Below are positions 1-9,008 of a DNA stretch of 47,633 nt, in pieces. Source of the stretch: an uncultured Erysipelotrichaceae bacterium (GTDB lineage Bacteria > Bacillota_I > Bacilli_A > RF39 > UBA660); NCBI GenBank assembly GCA_902784095.1, contig CACZTK010000060.1, positions 1-47,633 of the forward strand. The letters run 5' to 3'. How positions within the stretch are numbered: the stretch's first letter is position 1; every line of letters begins with the position of its first letter. The position numbers and the translations under genes are program-made. Under the pieces are notes generated by a model, which was given only the letters and a program-made list of their open reading frames with translations, did not search any database and had not been told where the DNA came from.

Positions 1-35
1 CTTTGCGAAAAAGAATATTAAAGGAAGTGATTTTA

Positions 36-920
36 ATGCAAAATTCAGAAAATATAGGGGGGTTTAAAAATTCCGTAATCAACTGGTTTCCAGGGCATAT
101 GGCTAAAACTAAGAGGGAAATAAAAGAAAAATTGAATTTAATAGACATCGTATACGAGGTTATTGATTCTCGTATGCCATTATCATCAAAAATAGTTGAC
201 ATTGATGAATTAATTGGTGATAAGAAGAAAATACTCATTATGACTAAATACGATATTTGTGATAAAAAAGAGACTGATAAGTTTATTGCATATTATGAAA
301 AACTTGGATATATTGTTATACCTATTGATTTAGTTAATAATACTAATACAACTAAGATAATAGATGTTAGTAATGAAATATTAAAGGAAGAGAATGAGAA
401 AAGAATTAGTAAAGGATTAAAACCTAGAAGTATTAGGGCATTAATAGTAGGAGTTCCTAATGTTGGTAAATCTACACTTATCAATAGACTTGTTGGTAGA
501 AAATCTGCTGGTGTAGGTAATAAACCTGGATTTACTAAGAGTCTTTCATGGATTAGAATTAATAAAGATATAGAGTTGCTTGATTCTCCAGGCATCCTAT
601 GGCCTAAAATGGATAATCAAAAAAATGCTCATGTACTAGCGGCTCTTTCATCAATTAAGGAAGAAATACTTGATAATATGGAATTATCTTGCTTTATCTT
701 AAAAATAATGATGGAATTATATCCAAAAAATTTAGAAGATAGATATGGCATTACAGAATTAGATGAAGATTTTATTGAAACATTTGATACTATTGCTAGA
801 AGAAGAGGATGTCTTACTAAGGGTGGTATTGCTGATTATGAAAAAGTTTCAAATATTATTGTTAATGATTTGAAAAATGGTTATTTAGGTAATGTTACTT
901 TAGATAGAATAGAGGATTAA
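36..920 (+). CDS. rbgA: ribosome biogenesis GTPase A (YlqF/RbgA, circularly permuted GTPase)
   Basis: The ORF track gives 3..920. I prefer the ATG at 36, which follows AAGGAAG (21-27). The protein has NWFPGHMAK near the N-terminus and a permuted G-motif order: TKYD (G4), GVPNVGKST (G1), DSPG (G3). Confidence 0.9.
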   Translation: MQNSENIGGFKNSVINWFPGHMAKTKREIKEKLNLIDIVYEVIDSRMPLSSKIVDIDELIGDKKKILIMTKYDICDKKETDKFIAYYEKLGYIVIPIDLVNNTNTTKIIDVSNEILKEENEKRISKGLKPRSIRALIVGVPNVGKSTLINRLVGRKSAGVGNKPGFTKSLSWIRINKDIELLDSPGILWPKMDNQKNAHVLAALSSIKEEILDNMELSCFILKIMMELYPKNLEDRYGITELDEDFIETFDTIARRRGCLTKGGIADYEKVSNIIVNDLKNGYLGNVTLDRIED

Positions 921-921
921 T

Positions 922-1680
922 ATGATAGAAACAGAAATTTTAGAAAAAATTGAGAATAACGAGATTTCTTCATTAGAAAAAATTTTGAAACAATTAAAAA
1001 GTGAAGATTACAAGAAAAATAAAAAAATAATAGAAAAGATTGATTTAGCTTTATGTTTAAATGATAATTATCGATATGAGAGAGAATTAAGAAAAAAAGG
1101 AATTAAACTAATCGCAGGTGTTGATGAAGTAGGACGAGGACCATTAGTTGGACCTGTAGTTGCTGCATGTGTCATATTACCAGAAGGTTTTCTATTAGAT
1201 GGTCTTACTGATTCAAAAAAACTAAGTGAGAAAAAAAGAGAAGAGTTTTATGATAAAATAATGGAACAAGCTGTGTCTGTTGGTGTTGGTATTATTTCAG
1301 AAAAAGTAATAGATGAAATTAATATCTATGAAGCAACGAAGCTTGCTATGAAAGATGCTATTTCTAATATGGATATTATTCCGGAACATATCTTAATAGA
1401 TGCAATGCCACTTGATTTAGATATTCCAACTACATCTATTATTAAAGGTGATCTAAAAAGTATAACTATTTCAGCTGCTTCAGTAATAGCAAAAGTAACA
1501 AGGGATAGAATGTTAGATGATTTAGGAGAAAAGTATCCTATGTATGACTTTAAGTCTAATAAAGGTTATCCTACAAAAAAACATCTAGATGCGATAGATG
1601 AATATGGAATAATAGATGAGCATAGAAGAAGTTATGCACCAGTTTCAAACTATATAAATTATGGGAAAACAAGAGTTTAA
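922..1680 (+). CDS. rnhB: ribonuclease HII
   Basis: It has the [15 protein letters not shown] catalytic motif and is about 250 aa. It starts 2 nt after the rbgA stop, matching the conserved rbgA-rnhB pair of Bacilli. Confidence 0.9.
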   Translation: MIETEILEKIENNEISSLEKILKQLKSEDYKKNKKIIEKIDLALCLNDNYRYERELRKKGIKLIAGVDEVGRGPLVGPVVAACVILPEGFLLDGLTDSKKLSEKKREEFYDKIMEQAVSVGVGIISEKVIDEINIYEATKLAMKDAISNMDIIPEHILIDAMPLDLDIPTTSIIKGDLKSITISAASVIAKVTRDRMLDDLGEKYPMYDFKSNKGYPTKKHLDAIDEYGIIDEHRRSYAPVSNYINYGKTRV

Positions 1681-1681
1681 T

Positions 1682-1710
1682 TTGAATATCTTGTTTTTTA
1701 ATGCTATAAT
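1682..1710 (+). promoter_or_regulatory. sigma-A type promoter for the 460-aa gene
   Basis: TTGAAT (1682-1687), a 17-nt spacer, then TGcTATAAT (1702-1710). It lies within and after a weak AT-rich hairpin (AAAACAAGA 1666-1674 / TCTTGTTTT 1689-1697) that may terminate rnhB. Confidence 0.5.
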
Positions 1711-1736
1711 AAGTCCACTAACTGAGGTGATCATTA

Positions 1737-3119
1737 ATGTTAGATGAAAAAAACATGAATATAAATGAAATAATTAATTATGGTTATCCATATTACAAAA
1801 GTATAAATATATATAATGTGATATTAAACCAATTATTTGGCAAAAAAGAAGTAGAAGAATTGATTAGAATAAAAGATTGTTTTTATAATAAATTGAAAAC
1901 TAACTATAGTTTTCCAAATACTTATATTAATTCCTTTGTTGAAAACTTTGATATTTTTACAGTTACTTATAATGAAAGAGCTTTAAGAAGGGAAATTACA
2001 TTTAACTATAAGGATTTTGTATATTATATTGCAAATTCTTTCTCACCATACAATGCAGAAGAACAAATGATACAAGTTACTGGTACGGTAAAACAAATTA
2101 AGAATCTTGCGATTAAAAAATTAAAAAACATAAGAGATAGATTTGCAGAACCAGATATATTAAATGCATTATTTAGAATGGAAGGCGAAGAGTTATCTAA
2201 AGATAATAATGTTATTGACGATGTAATTAATTCTATAAATAGATTGTATCGTGATATTTATATTAACAATATGTATAATGTTGATAGTTTATTTGAAAAG
2301 TGTGATAAAGAAAGATTATTATTCCATATAATGGTATCTGGAATAAATATATGTAGTGGAGTAGGAACAGATGAGGGACTTATTTACACTATATTTAAAT
2401 ATTATCAAGAAAAGGATGAATCTACGGGTGTTAGTCTAACATATAAAGGATATCTAGAAGATAGTTCAAAGGGAAAATTAATTAATTATAGTTACCCTAA
2501 TTTTATGCAGACTTTACAAAAATATGTGGTTGCTCATCCTGAATATGAATTTAGTAGGCTTGATTTTGAAAATACTGATATGACAATATGTGAATTTAAA
2601 AGCTTACTACGAGAGTTTGATGAAAAAGTAAAAGAAAAGTATAGGAGAGTAGATGATATTACATTTTTACCATCAAAATTAACTGGCAATAATCATTCTG
2701 ATTCTAATAATCCTAAATTAGTAAGAGCAAACCTTATAGCTTTAAAAAAGAAAAAACTATATTCACTATATGAAAATCAAATATATGAGAAATTACAAGG
2801 TAAAGAAAAATTAAAAGGGTATACAGCAATGGTATTTAAAAATGGTTATGTAATTCTAGAAATTAATGATATTAAAAATGATAAGATAGTTACAAAGTCA
2901 GGTGCAGCTTACATTATGCCATTACCATTATTTAATAAATTGTATGACTATTCACGTACTGAACTGCGTCAATATAAGGCAAATAATCCTAATTCAAAAC
3001 TAGAATATATTGAACATCGAGAAAATAATAATTGGGAAGAAAGAATACAAAAAATAATTACGATGAATACAGGAATAACAATAGGAGAAGCAAATAGAGT
3101 TTTAGTTAAGAATAACTAG
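1737..3119 (+). CDS. hypothetical protein (460 aa, soluble)
   Basis: This is a long ORF in stop-rich AT-rich DNA. A GAGGTGA RBS sits 6 nt upstream of the ATG. I recognise no motif. Confidence 0.8.
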   Translation: MLDEKNMNINEIINYGYPYYKSINIYNVILNQLFGKKEVEELIRIKDCFYNKLKTNYSFPNTYINSFVENFDIFTVTYNERALRREITFNYKDFVYYIANSFSPYNAEEQMIQVTGTVKQIKNLAIKKLKNIRDRFAEPDILNALFRMEGEELSKDNNVIDDVINSINRLYRDIYINNMYNVDSLFEKCDKERLLFHIMVSGINICSGVGTDEGLIYTIFKYYQEKDESTGVSLTYKGYLEDSSKGKLINYSYPNFMQTLQKYVVAHPEYEFSRLDFENTDMTICEFKSLLREFDEKVKEKYRRVDDITFLPSKLTGNNHSDSNNPKLVRANLIALKKKKLYSLYENQIYEKLQGKEKLKGYTAMVFKNGYVILEINDIKNDKIVTKSGAAYIMPLPLFNKLYDYSRTELRQYKANNPNSKLEYIEHRENNNWEERIQKIITMNTGITIGEANRVLVKNN

Positions 3120-3191
3120 TCTTATTATGATGAAATTTGATTAAACTATCTAGATATGGTATAATATTGCCATAAAACGAGGGGTGTAGTT

Positions 3192-3881
3192 ATGAAAGAA
3201 AAATCAAAATTAATAATTATTGTTTGTCTAATAATTTGTATAACTTTATTATTAGGAGAATTTATCTATTTAAAATATAACTCTAATAATAAAACAGATA
3301 AGAATGAAAAAGAAATTGTTATAGATAAAGATAGTGAACAAGGATATTTTGAAACAGAAAAAATAGAAGATGCTCAAAATGATGTTAATAGTGATGAAGA
3401 AGTTGTTTCATATATTGATACCGTAGTTGATGATATTGTAGAAGATAAAGCACCAGAAGAAAATGAATCTAAGTTAAAAAATACTTTTATTACATTAACA
3501 GATTTTATTTTCTATGGAGGTACAATAAAAGGATATACTTTTAAAGAATTAAGAGATGAACAAAAACAAAAAGTCATCGCAGCTTGGGAAAAGTTGGATG
3601 CAAAAATAGAATCTAAATACCCAAATTATAAAGAAAATTTAAAAGAGAAAAAAGATGATTTATATTCTAATTTAAAAGAAAAAATGACTTCTCTTAAAGA
3701 AAATATATCAGATAAAGCTCAGGAAAAACTTGGTGATGAGATAGTTGATCAAGCAAAAAGCGATACTGATAACTTAAAAGATGTTACTTCTCAATATAAA
3801 GAAAAAGCTAGTGAATATTATAACAAAGGAAAAGAAAAAGTGAGTGACTGGTATAATAATTATAAGAATAATAAAGAGTAA
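3192..3881 (+). CDS. hypothetical membrane-anchored K/E-rich coiled-coil protein
   Basis: The RBS is GAGGGGTG. There is an N-terminal TM helix (LIIIVCLIICITLLLGEFIY), then an acidic stretch, then a lysine/glutamate-rich helical tail. Confidence 0.8.
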   Translation: MKEKSKLIIIVCLIICITLLLGEFIYLKYNSNNKTDKNEKEIVIDKDSEQGYFETEKIEDAQNDVNSDEEVVSYIDTVVDDIVEDKAPEENESKLKNTFITLTDFIFYGGTIKGYTFKELRDEQKQKVIAAWEKLDAKIESKYPNYKENLKEKKDDLYSNLKEKMTSLKENISDKAQEKLGDEIVDQAKSDTDNLKDVTSQYKEKASEYYNKGKEKVSDWYNNYKNNKE

Positions 3882-3883
3882 AG

Positions 3884-3918
3884 TTTTAGTCAAAAATGAC
3901 TAAAATTTTATTTTTTTA
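3884..3918 (+). terminator. rho-independent terminator
   Basis: Stem TTTTAGTCA (3884-3892) pairs with TGACTAAAA (3897-3905) around loop AAAA, followed by TTTTATTTTTTT. Confidence 0.7.
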
Positions 3919-4017
3919 GAAGTTTTTAAGATTTTATTATATATAATATTAGTAGAGTAGCCAAAATAATTTGACAAAATTTAAATTACTATGTATAAAT
4001 TAATAAGGAGTGAGTTT

Positions 4018-6042
4018 ATGAGCAAACATTTAGTAATAGTCGAAAGTCCAAGTAAAAGTAAAACAATTGAAAAATATCTAGGAAGTGATTATAAAGTTGT
4101 TTCTTCTAAGGGACATATTAGAGATTTAGCAACAACAGGTACATATGGATTAGGTGTAGATATTGAAAATGGATTTAAACCTAATTATATTCCAATTCAT
4201 GGTAAGAAAAAGGTTATATCTGATCTAAAAAAAGATGTTAAAGATAGTGATATTGTCTATCTAGCAAGCGACCCAGACCGTGAAGGAGAAGCAATCGCAT
4301 GGCATTTAAAAGATGCTTTAGGTATTAAAGATAATAATTATAAACGTGTACTATTTAATGAAATAACACATGATAAAGTTCTTGAGGCTATTTCAAAACC
4401 TACTGTTATTGATGATAATTTAGTAAGAAGTCAAGAAACAAGAAGAATTCTTGATCGTATAATTGGTTTTAGACTTTCTAAACTATTACAAAGTAAAATA
4501 GGTGCTAAAAGTGCAGGTCGTGTTCAAAGTGTGGCATTAAAGCTTATTGTTGATAGAGAACGAGAAATTGAAGCCTTTAAAGAAGAAGAATATTGGACTA
4601 TTACATCTAAATTTAATGATTTTGACGCTGAACTATTTAAGCATAAAGATGATGATATAGAATTAAAGACAGAATTAGAATGTGATGATGTAATATCTAA
4701 ATTAGACAAAGATTATAATATTGAATCTATTACTCAAAAAGAGAAGAATAAGAAAAGTAAATTTCCGTTTACAACATCTACATTACAACAAGAAGCATCA
4801 ACGAAGTTAGGATTTCCTGCACGTAAAACTATGTCAATTGCTCAAAAATTATATGAAGGTATTGATTTAGGAGATGAAACTGTAGGTCTTATAACATACA
4901 TGAGAACTGATTCAATCCGTTTATCAGATGATTTTACTAAACCAACATATAAATATATAATTGATAATTATGGTAAAGAGTATGCAGGTTATGTTAAACA
5001 AAGTAAAAAGACAGAAAATGTTCAAGATGCTCATGAAGGTATTAGACCAACTAGTATTTTAAGAGAACCATTAAAAGTAAAAGAATATTTATCAAATGAT
5101 GAATTTAAATTATATAGTTTAATTTATAAAAGAACATTAGCATCTCTAATGGCTGATGCTAAAGTAAATCAAACGACTATAATATTAGATAATAATGATT
5201 ATAAGTTTAAAACTACAGGTAGTGTATTAATATTTGATGGTTATTTAAAAGTATATAAGGATTATGAGTCTAATGAAGATAAAATATTACCTGACTTAAC
5301 AGATAAAAAAGTATTGACTACAGAAGAAGTTTTAAAAGAACAACACTTTACTAAACCACCAGCTAGATATACTGAAGCTAAGCTTATAAAAGAATTAGAG
5401 GAATTAGGAATAGGTAGACCATCTACTTATGCAACTATCATTGATACAATTAAATCTAGAGATTATGTTACATTAGAAGACAAAAGGTTTAAACCAACTG
5501 AAATGGGTATTGAAACAACAGATAAACTACAAGAATTTTTCTCTGATTTAATCAATACAGATTATACTCGTGATATGGAAACAGATCTTGATAAAATTGC
5601 TGAAGGAAACTTAGTTTGGAACAAAGTCTTAGAAGAGTTTTATAAACTATTTGAACCACGTGTTAAAAATGCATTTTCTGATATGGAGAAAAAAGCACCT
5701 ACTGAAACAGGAGAAGTATGTCCAGAATGTGGTAATCCTTTAGTTATCAGAAAAGGTAAATACGGTGAATTTACAGCATGCAGCAATTATCCTGAATGTA
5801 AATACATAAAAAAAGAAGAACCAGAAATTGTAGAAGTATGTGATTGTCCTAATTGTGATGGTAAAATTATAGAAAGAAAAAGCAGAAAAGGAAAAGTATT
5901 CTATGGATGTAATAACTATCCTAAATGTAAAACTGCATATTGGGATAAACCAATAGGAAAAACTTGTCCAGAATGTGGCAAAATGTTAGTAGAAAAGAAT
6001 AATAAGATAAAATGTAGTGAGTGTGATTATAAAGATGAATAA
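4018..6042 (+). CDS. topA: DNA topoisomerase I
   Basis: The ATG at 4018 follows AAGGAGTGAG. The protein has a TOPRIM start (LVIVESPSKSKTIEKYLG), DPDREGE, the active-site Tyr region GLITYMRTDS, and three C-terminal CxxC...CxxC zinc ribbons. Confidence 0.95.
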   Translation: MSKHLVIVESPSKSKTIEKYLGSDYKVVSSKGHIRDLATTGTYGLGVDIENGFKPNYIPIHGKKKVISDLKKDVKDSDIVYLASDPDREGEAIAWHLKDALGIKDNNYKRVLFNEITHDKVLEAISKPTVIDDNLVRSQETRRILDRIIGFRLSKLLQSKIGAKSAGRVQSVALKLIVDREREIEAFKEEEYWTITSKFNDFDAELFKHKDDDIELKTELECDDVISKLDKDYNIESITQKEKNKKSKFPFTTSTLQQEASTKLGFPARKTMSIAQKLYEGIDLGDETVGLITYMRTDSIRLSDDFTKPTYKYIIDNYGKEYAGYVKQSKKTENVQDAHEGIRPTSILREPLKVKEYLSNDEFKLYSLIYKRTLASLMADAKVNQTTIILDNNDYKFKTTGSVLIFDGYLKVYKDYESNEDKILPDLTDKKVLTTEEVLKEQHFTKPPARYTEAKLIKELEELGIGRPSTYATIIDTIKSRDYVTLEDKRFKPTEMGIETTDKLQEFFSDLINTDYTRDMETDLDKIAEGNLVWNKVLEEFYKLFEPRVKNAFSDMEKKAPTETGEVCPECGNPLVIRKGKYGEFTACSNYPECKYIKKEEPEIVEVCDCPNCDGKIIERKSRKGKVFYGCNNYPKCKTAYWDKPIGKTCPECGKMLVEKNNKIKCSECDYKDE

Positions 6043-6712
6043 AAAAGCATATGTTTGTAAAATGAAATTAGCATCAGCAAATGTTTTAAGTATACTAATA
6101 TTAATCATAATGGGAATAATAACAATATTATTAGGTGTTAGTTTGTATCCTGATAAAATTAGTACAATTATATTATTTACAGTTATGATTTTGTATTTTT
6201 GGTTTCATGAAGTATTACATGGTATTGGTTTTATATTAGGTGGAGCAAATAGAAAAAATGTTACATATGGTATTGAATTGGAAAAGGGAGTATTCTATTG
6301 TATGGCCTATCAAGAACTTACAAAAAAGAATATTTTAATATCATTACAAATGCCTTTTACAGTAATAGGAGTAATTACATATATAATAGGAATTATTTAT
6401 AAGATTCCGTTACTTGTGCTATTGTCTTCTATGAATATTTCTGGTGCATCTATGGATTTAGTAATGTTTTTCTACATATCAAGAATTAAAAATGTTACAT
6501 ATAGTGAATCAGGTAATAGTGATGAATTTGTACTTATTTCAGATGAAGATTTAACTAAAAAGAAAAATATGTTTATAAAAGTAGTAGATGTAAAAGATTA
6601 TAATGAGAAAGATTATCAATTTACTGGATTTAAAAAATTTAAAATTACTAAAAAATCTATTATTATCATAGTAGTGTTCTTATTATTAGGATTAATATCA
6701 AGTATTATTTAG
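6035..6712 (+). CDS. DUF3267-like polytopic membrane protein with HExxH (putative membrane zincin)
   Basis: The ATG at 6035 overlaps the topA stop (ATGAATAA). The protein has several TM helices and an HEVLH motif (FHEVLHGIGF). Confidence 0.55.
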   Translation: MNKKAYVCKMKLASANVLSILILIIMGIITILLGVSLYPDKISTIILFTVMILYFWFHEVLHGIGFILGGANRKNVTYGIELEKGVFYCMAYQELTKKNILISLQMPFTVIGVITYIIGIIYKIPLLVLLSSMNISGASMDLVMFFYISRIKNVTYSESGNSDEFVLISDEDLTKKKNMFIKVVDVKDYNEKDYQFTGFKKFKITKKSIIIIVVFLLLGLISSII

Positions 6713-6741
6713 AACAAGAATCGATATCTTGTTCTTTTTTT
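6711..6741 (+). terminator. rho-independent terminator
   Basis: Stem AGAACAAGA (6711-6719) pairs with TCTTGTTCT (6727-6735), followed by a TTTTTT run. Confidence 0.75.
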
Positions 6742-6782
6742 GATGTTTTGTTATAATTATATTATTAAATGTAGGAGGTGTT

Positions 6783-7766
6783 ATGATGGGTGCAAAATAT
6801 ACTTATAGTATGTATAACACTGACTTTTTCACTTTAAAATGTACAGATGGTAATTATGAACCATTCGTATTTCAAGATAATAATGGTAGTAGGGATAAAT
6901 TTAGAATAGAAGAATTAGATTTAATTACATCGAAATATGAATCATTTGATAGTTTCTATAGTGAATTATTAAAATATAATGGAAGATATATAAAAGGTAA
7001 TGATAAAGATATTACTATAGCACATGAACATAATGGTAAACTATATAAAGATGAAATGATTTTCAACGATAAAATGATTGTAAGTGTAGCATCAAAAGTA
7101 AAGAATAATATAAAAGGAAAAGATGGTTTAGTAATACCCTATAGCACATCTATTTATTACTTTATAAAAAATATAGAAGATATAGCAACATCAAGTCAAT
7201 ATAGATATTTATTAGAACCAGATAGAATTCAAAACATTTCAGCAAATGATATGAGTGTATTATGTTCATGTATTAAAAAAGATATTAAAATGGACGATAA
7301 AACTGTAAAAAAAGGTATACATTCACTTCTAGTAGAATATAGAGAAGCATTTCAAAAGAATAATGAATATATAGTTAATGGCTTAGCTAATGAGCATACA
7401 AAATCAGAAGTAGATAGAATACGTAATCAAATTGATAAGTATGTTAGAAGTAATTATAAAGTTTTTAGGGACTTAGTGGCATGGGAACAAAGATATAATA
7501 AAGTTTTAAATAAACAGTTTATTAATGAAAAAGACAATGATAAAAAAATTGAATATTTTAAATTAATTTTAGATATTGGTATGGAAAAAGATCTTCGTGA
7601 AGGTAAAATAGATGATGGTGATATTTATAAATACTATGAACTTTATAGAAATAATATCACTATAAGTGATGAAGGTAAGATAATTGTAAAGGATGTAAAT
7701 GATACTAAGATTAATAATTGCGTGAATAAACAAATAGAAAAAATTGGTAGTATTGGAAGAAAGTGA
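6783..7766 (+). CDS. hypothetical protein (327 aa)
   Basis: A TAGGAGGTG RBS precedes the start. The stop lies 4 nt before the xerC ATG. I recognise no motif. Confidence 0.8.
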   Translation: MMGAKYTYSMYNTDFFTLKCTDGNYEPFVFQDNNGSRDKFRIEELDLITSKYESFDSFYSELLKYNGRYIKGNDKDITIAHEHNGKLYKDEMIFNDKMIVSVASKVKNNIKGKDGLVIPYSTSIYYFIKNIEDIATSSQYRYLLEPDRIQNISANDMSVLCSCIKKDIKMDDKTVKKGIHSLLVEYREAFQKNNEYIVNGLANEHTKSEVDRIRNQIDKYVRSNYKVFRDLVAWEQRYNKVLNKQFINEKDNDKKIEYFKLILDIGMEKDLREGKIDDGDIYKYYELYRNNITISDEGKIIVKDVNDTKINNCVNKQIEKIGSIGRK

Positions 7767-7770
7767 TATT

Positions 7771-8676
7771 ATGGCAAATGATAATACTAACTTAGAAAAA
7801 TATCTTGAATACTTAGAATATCAGAGAAATTATTCTACATATACAGTAGATAATTATAGAGAAGATCTAGAAGAATTTTTCAGATATTTAGATAAAGAAA
7901 GATTAAATTATCTAAAGATAAAGTATTCTGATACCAGGTTTTATCTTATGTATTTAAAAGATGAGTGTAAAAACGATAATTCTACTATAGATAGAAAATT
8001 AAGTTCACTTAGAGGTTTTTACAAGTATCTATCTAAAAATAATTATATTGATAATAATATTTTTGCACTGATTAGTGGTCCTAAGAAAGCAAAAAAATTG
8101 CCGAGATATTTTGAATATAATGAATTAGAAGAATTATTTAATTCAATTGATACTGATACACCTATTGGACAAAGAGATTTATTAATATTAGAAATGCTAT
8201 ATGCAACAGGTGTACGAGTAGGAGAACTTGTAAATATAAAAGTAAAAGATATTAATACTAGTAATAGAACTATTTTGATATTAGGTAAAGGTAATAAAGA
8301 AAGAATAGTTAATTATGGTGATTATTGTGAAGATATCTTAGAAAAATATTTAAAAGATGGAAGATATGAATTAAATAAGAAAAATAGTGATTATTTATTA
8401 CTTAATCATAATGGGGGAGTATTAACAGAACGCGGTGTTAGATTTCTTCTTAATAAAATAATTGATAATACCTCACTTACCAAAAGCATTTCTCCTCATA
8501 TGATTAGACATTCTTTTGCAACACATCTATTAAATGAAGGGTGTGACTTGATAGCAGTTCAAAAATTATTAGGACATGAGAGTATCAGTGCTACCCAAGT
8601 TTATACTCATGTTAGTACAGATAGATTGAAAGAAGTTTATTATAATAGTTTTCCAAGAGCAAAAAAAGACGATTAA
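7771..8676 (+). CDS. xerC: tyrosine recombinase XerC (CodV-like)
   Basis: The ATG at 7771 follows GGAAGAAAG. Catalytic signature: ATGVRVGEL, HMIRHSFATHLL, LLGHESISATQVYTHV. Its position downstream of topA matches Bacillus codV. Confidence 0.8.
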   Translation: MANDNTNLEKYLEYLEYQRNYSTYTVDNYREDLEEFFRYLDKERLNYLKIKYSDTRFYLMYLKDECKNDNSTIDRKLSSLRGFYKYLSKNNYIDNNIFALISGPKKAKKLPRYFEYNELEELFNSIDTDTPIGQRDLLILEMLYATGVRVGELVNIKVKDINTSNRTILILGKGNKERIVNYGDYCEDILEKYLKDGRYELNKKNSDYLLLNHNGGVLTERGVRFLLNKIIDNTSLTKSISPHMIRHSFATHLLNEGCDLIAVQKLLGHESISATQVYTHVSTDRLKEVYYNSFPRAKKDD

Positions 8677-8756
8677 ATAACTAAATTTATCGTTTTTTCT
8701 TTCTTTTTTTCATTATTTTAGATATAATTAAATTGGTATGGAAGCTGGTGAAAGTT

Positions 8757-9008
8757 ATGGATTTTACTTTTAATACTAAAGAAGAGTTATATACTAGAAT
8801 TAGACCTGCCTTAAATGCAAAACTTCAAGAGTTAAGACGATTAAATTATAGTAATATAACAGAAGAAGATATTTGGAATTATCTAAGTATAAATAAATGG
8901 AGTAAATCACATGGCTTAATGCTTTCTGATATTGTCAGTGATATCATTCATGTGGACAATAAAAAATTAGATGAATTTGTTAAAAACAAGAAAAGAGGTA
9001 CAGTATGA
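8757..9008 (+). CDS. comN: post-transcriptional regulator ComN/YrzD family
   Basis: This small protein contains ...RPALNAKLQELRRLNYSNITEEDIWNYL..KWSK....LSDIVSDI. It sits immediately upstream of and overlapping secDF, as yrzD does in B. subtilis. Confidence 0.65.
   Translation: MDFTFNTKEELYTRIRPALNAKLQELRRLNYSNITEEDIWNYLSINKWSKSHGLMLSDIVSDIIHVDNKKLDEFVKNKKRGTV

Noticed and set aside
7771-8676. The two tyrosine recombinase genes (7771-8676 and 32399-33292) could be prophage or ICE integrases.
   Set aside because: Both have XerC/XerD-type C-terminal signatures (LLGH..I..T..YTH). They sit in Bacillus-like housekeeping synteny (topA...codV; ripX-drm). They have no adjacent phage or conjugation genes or att-like repeats.
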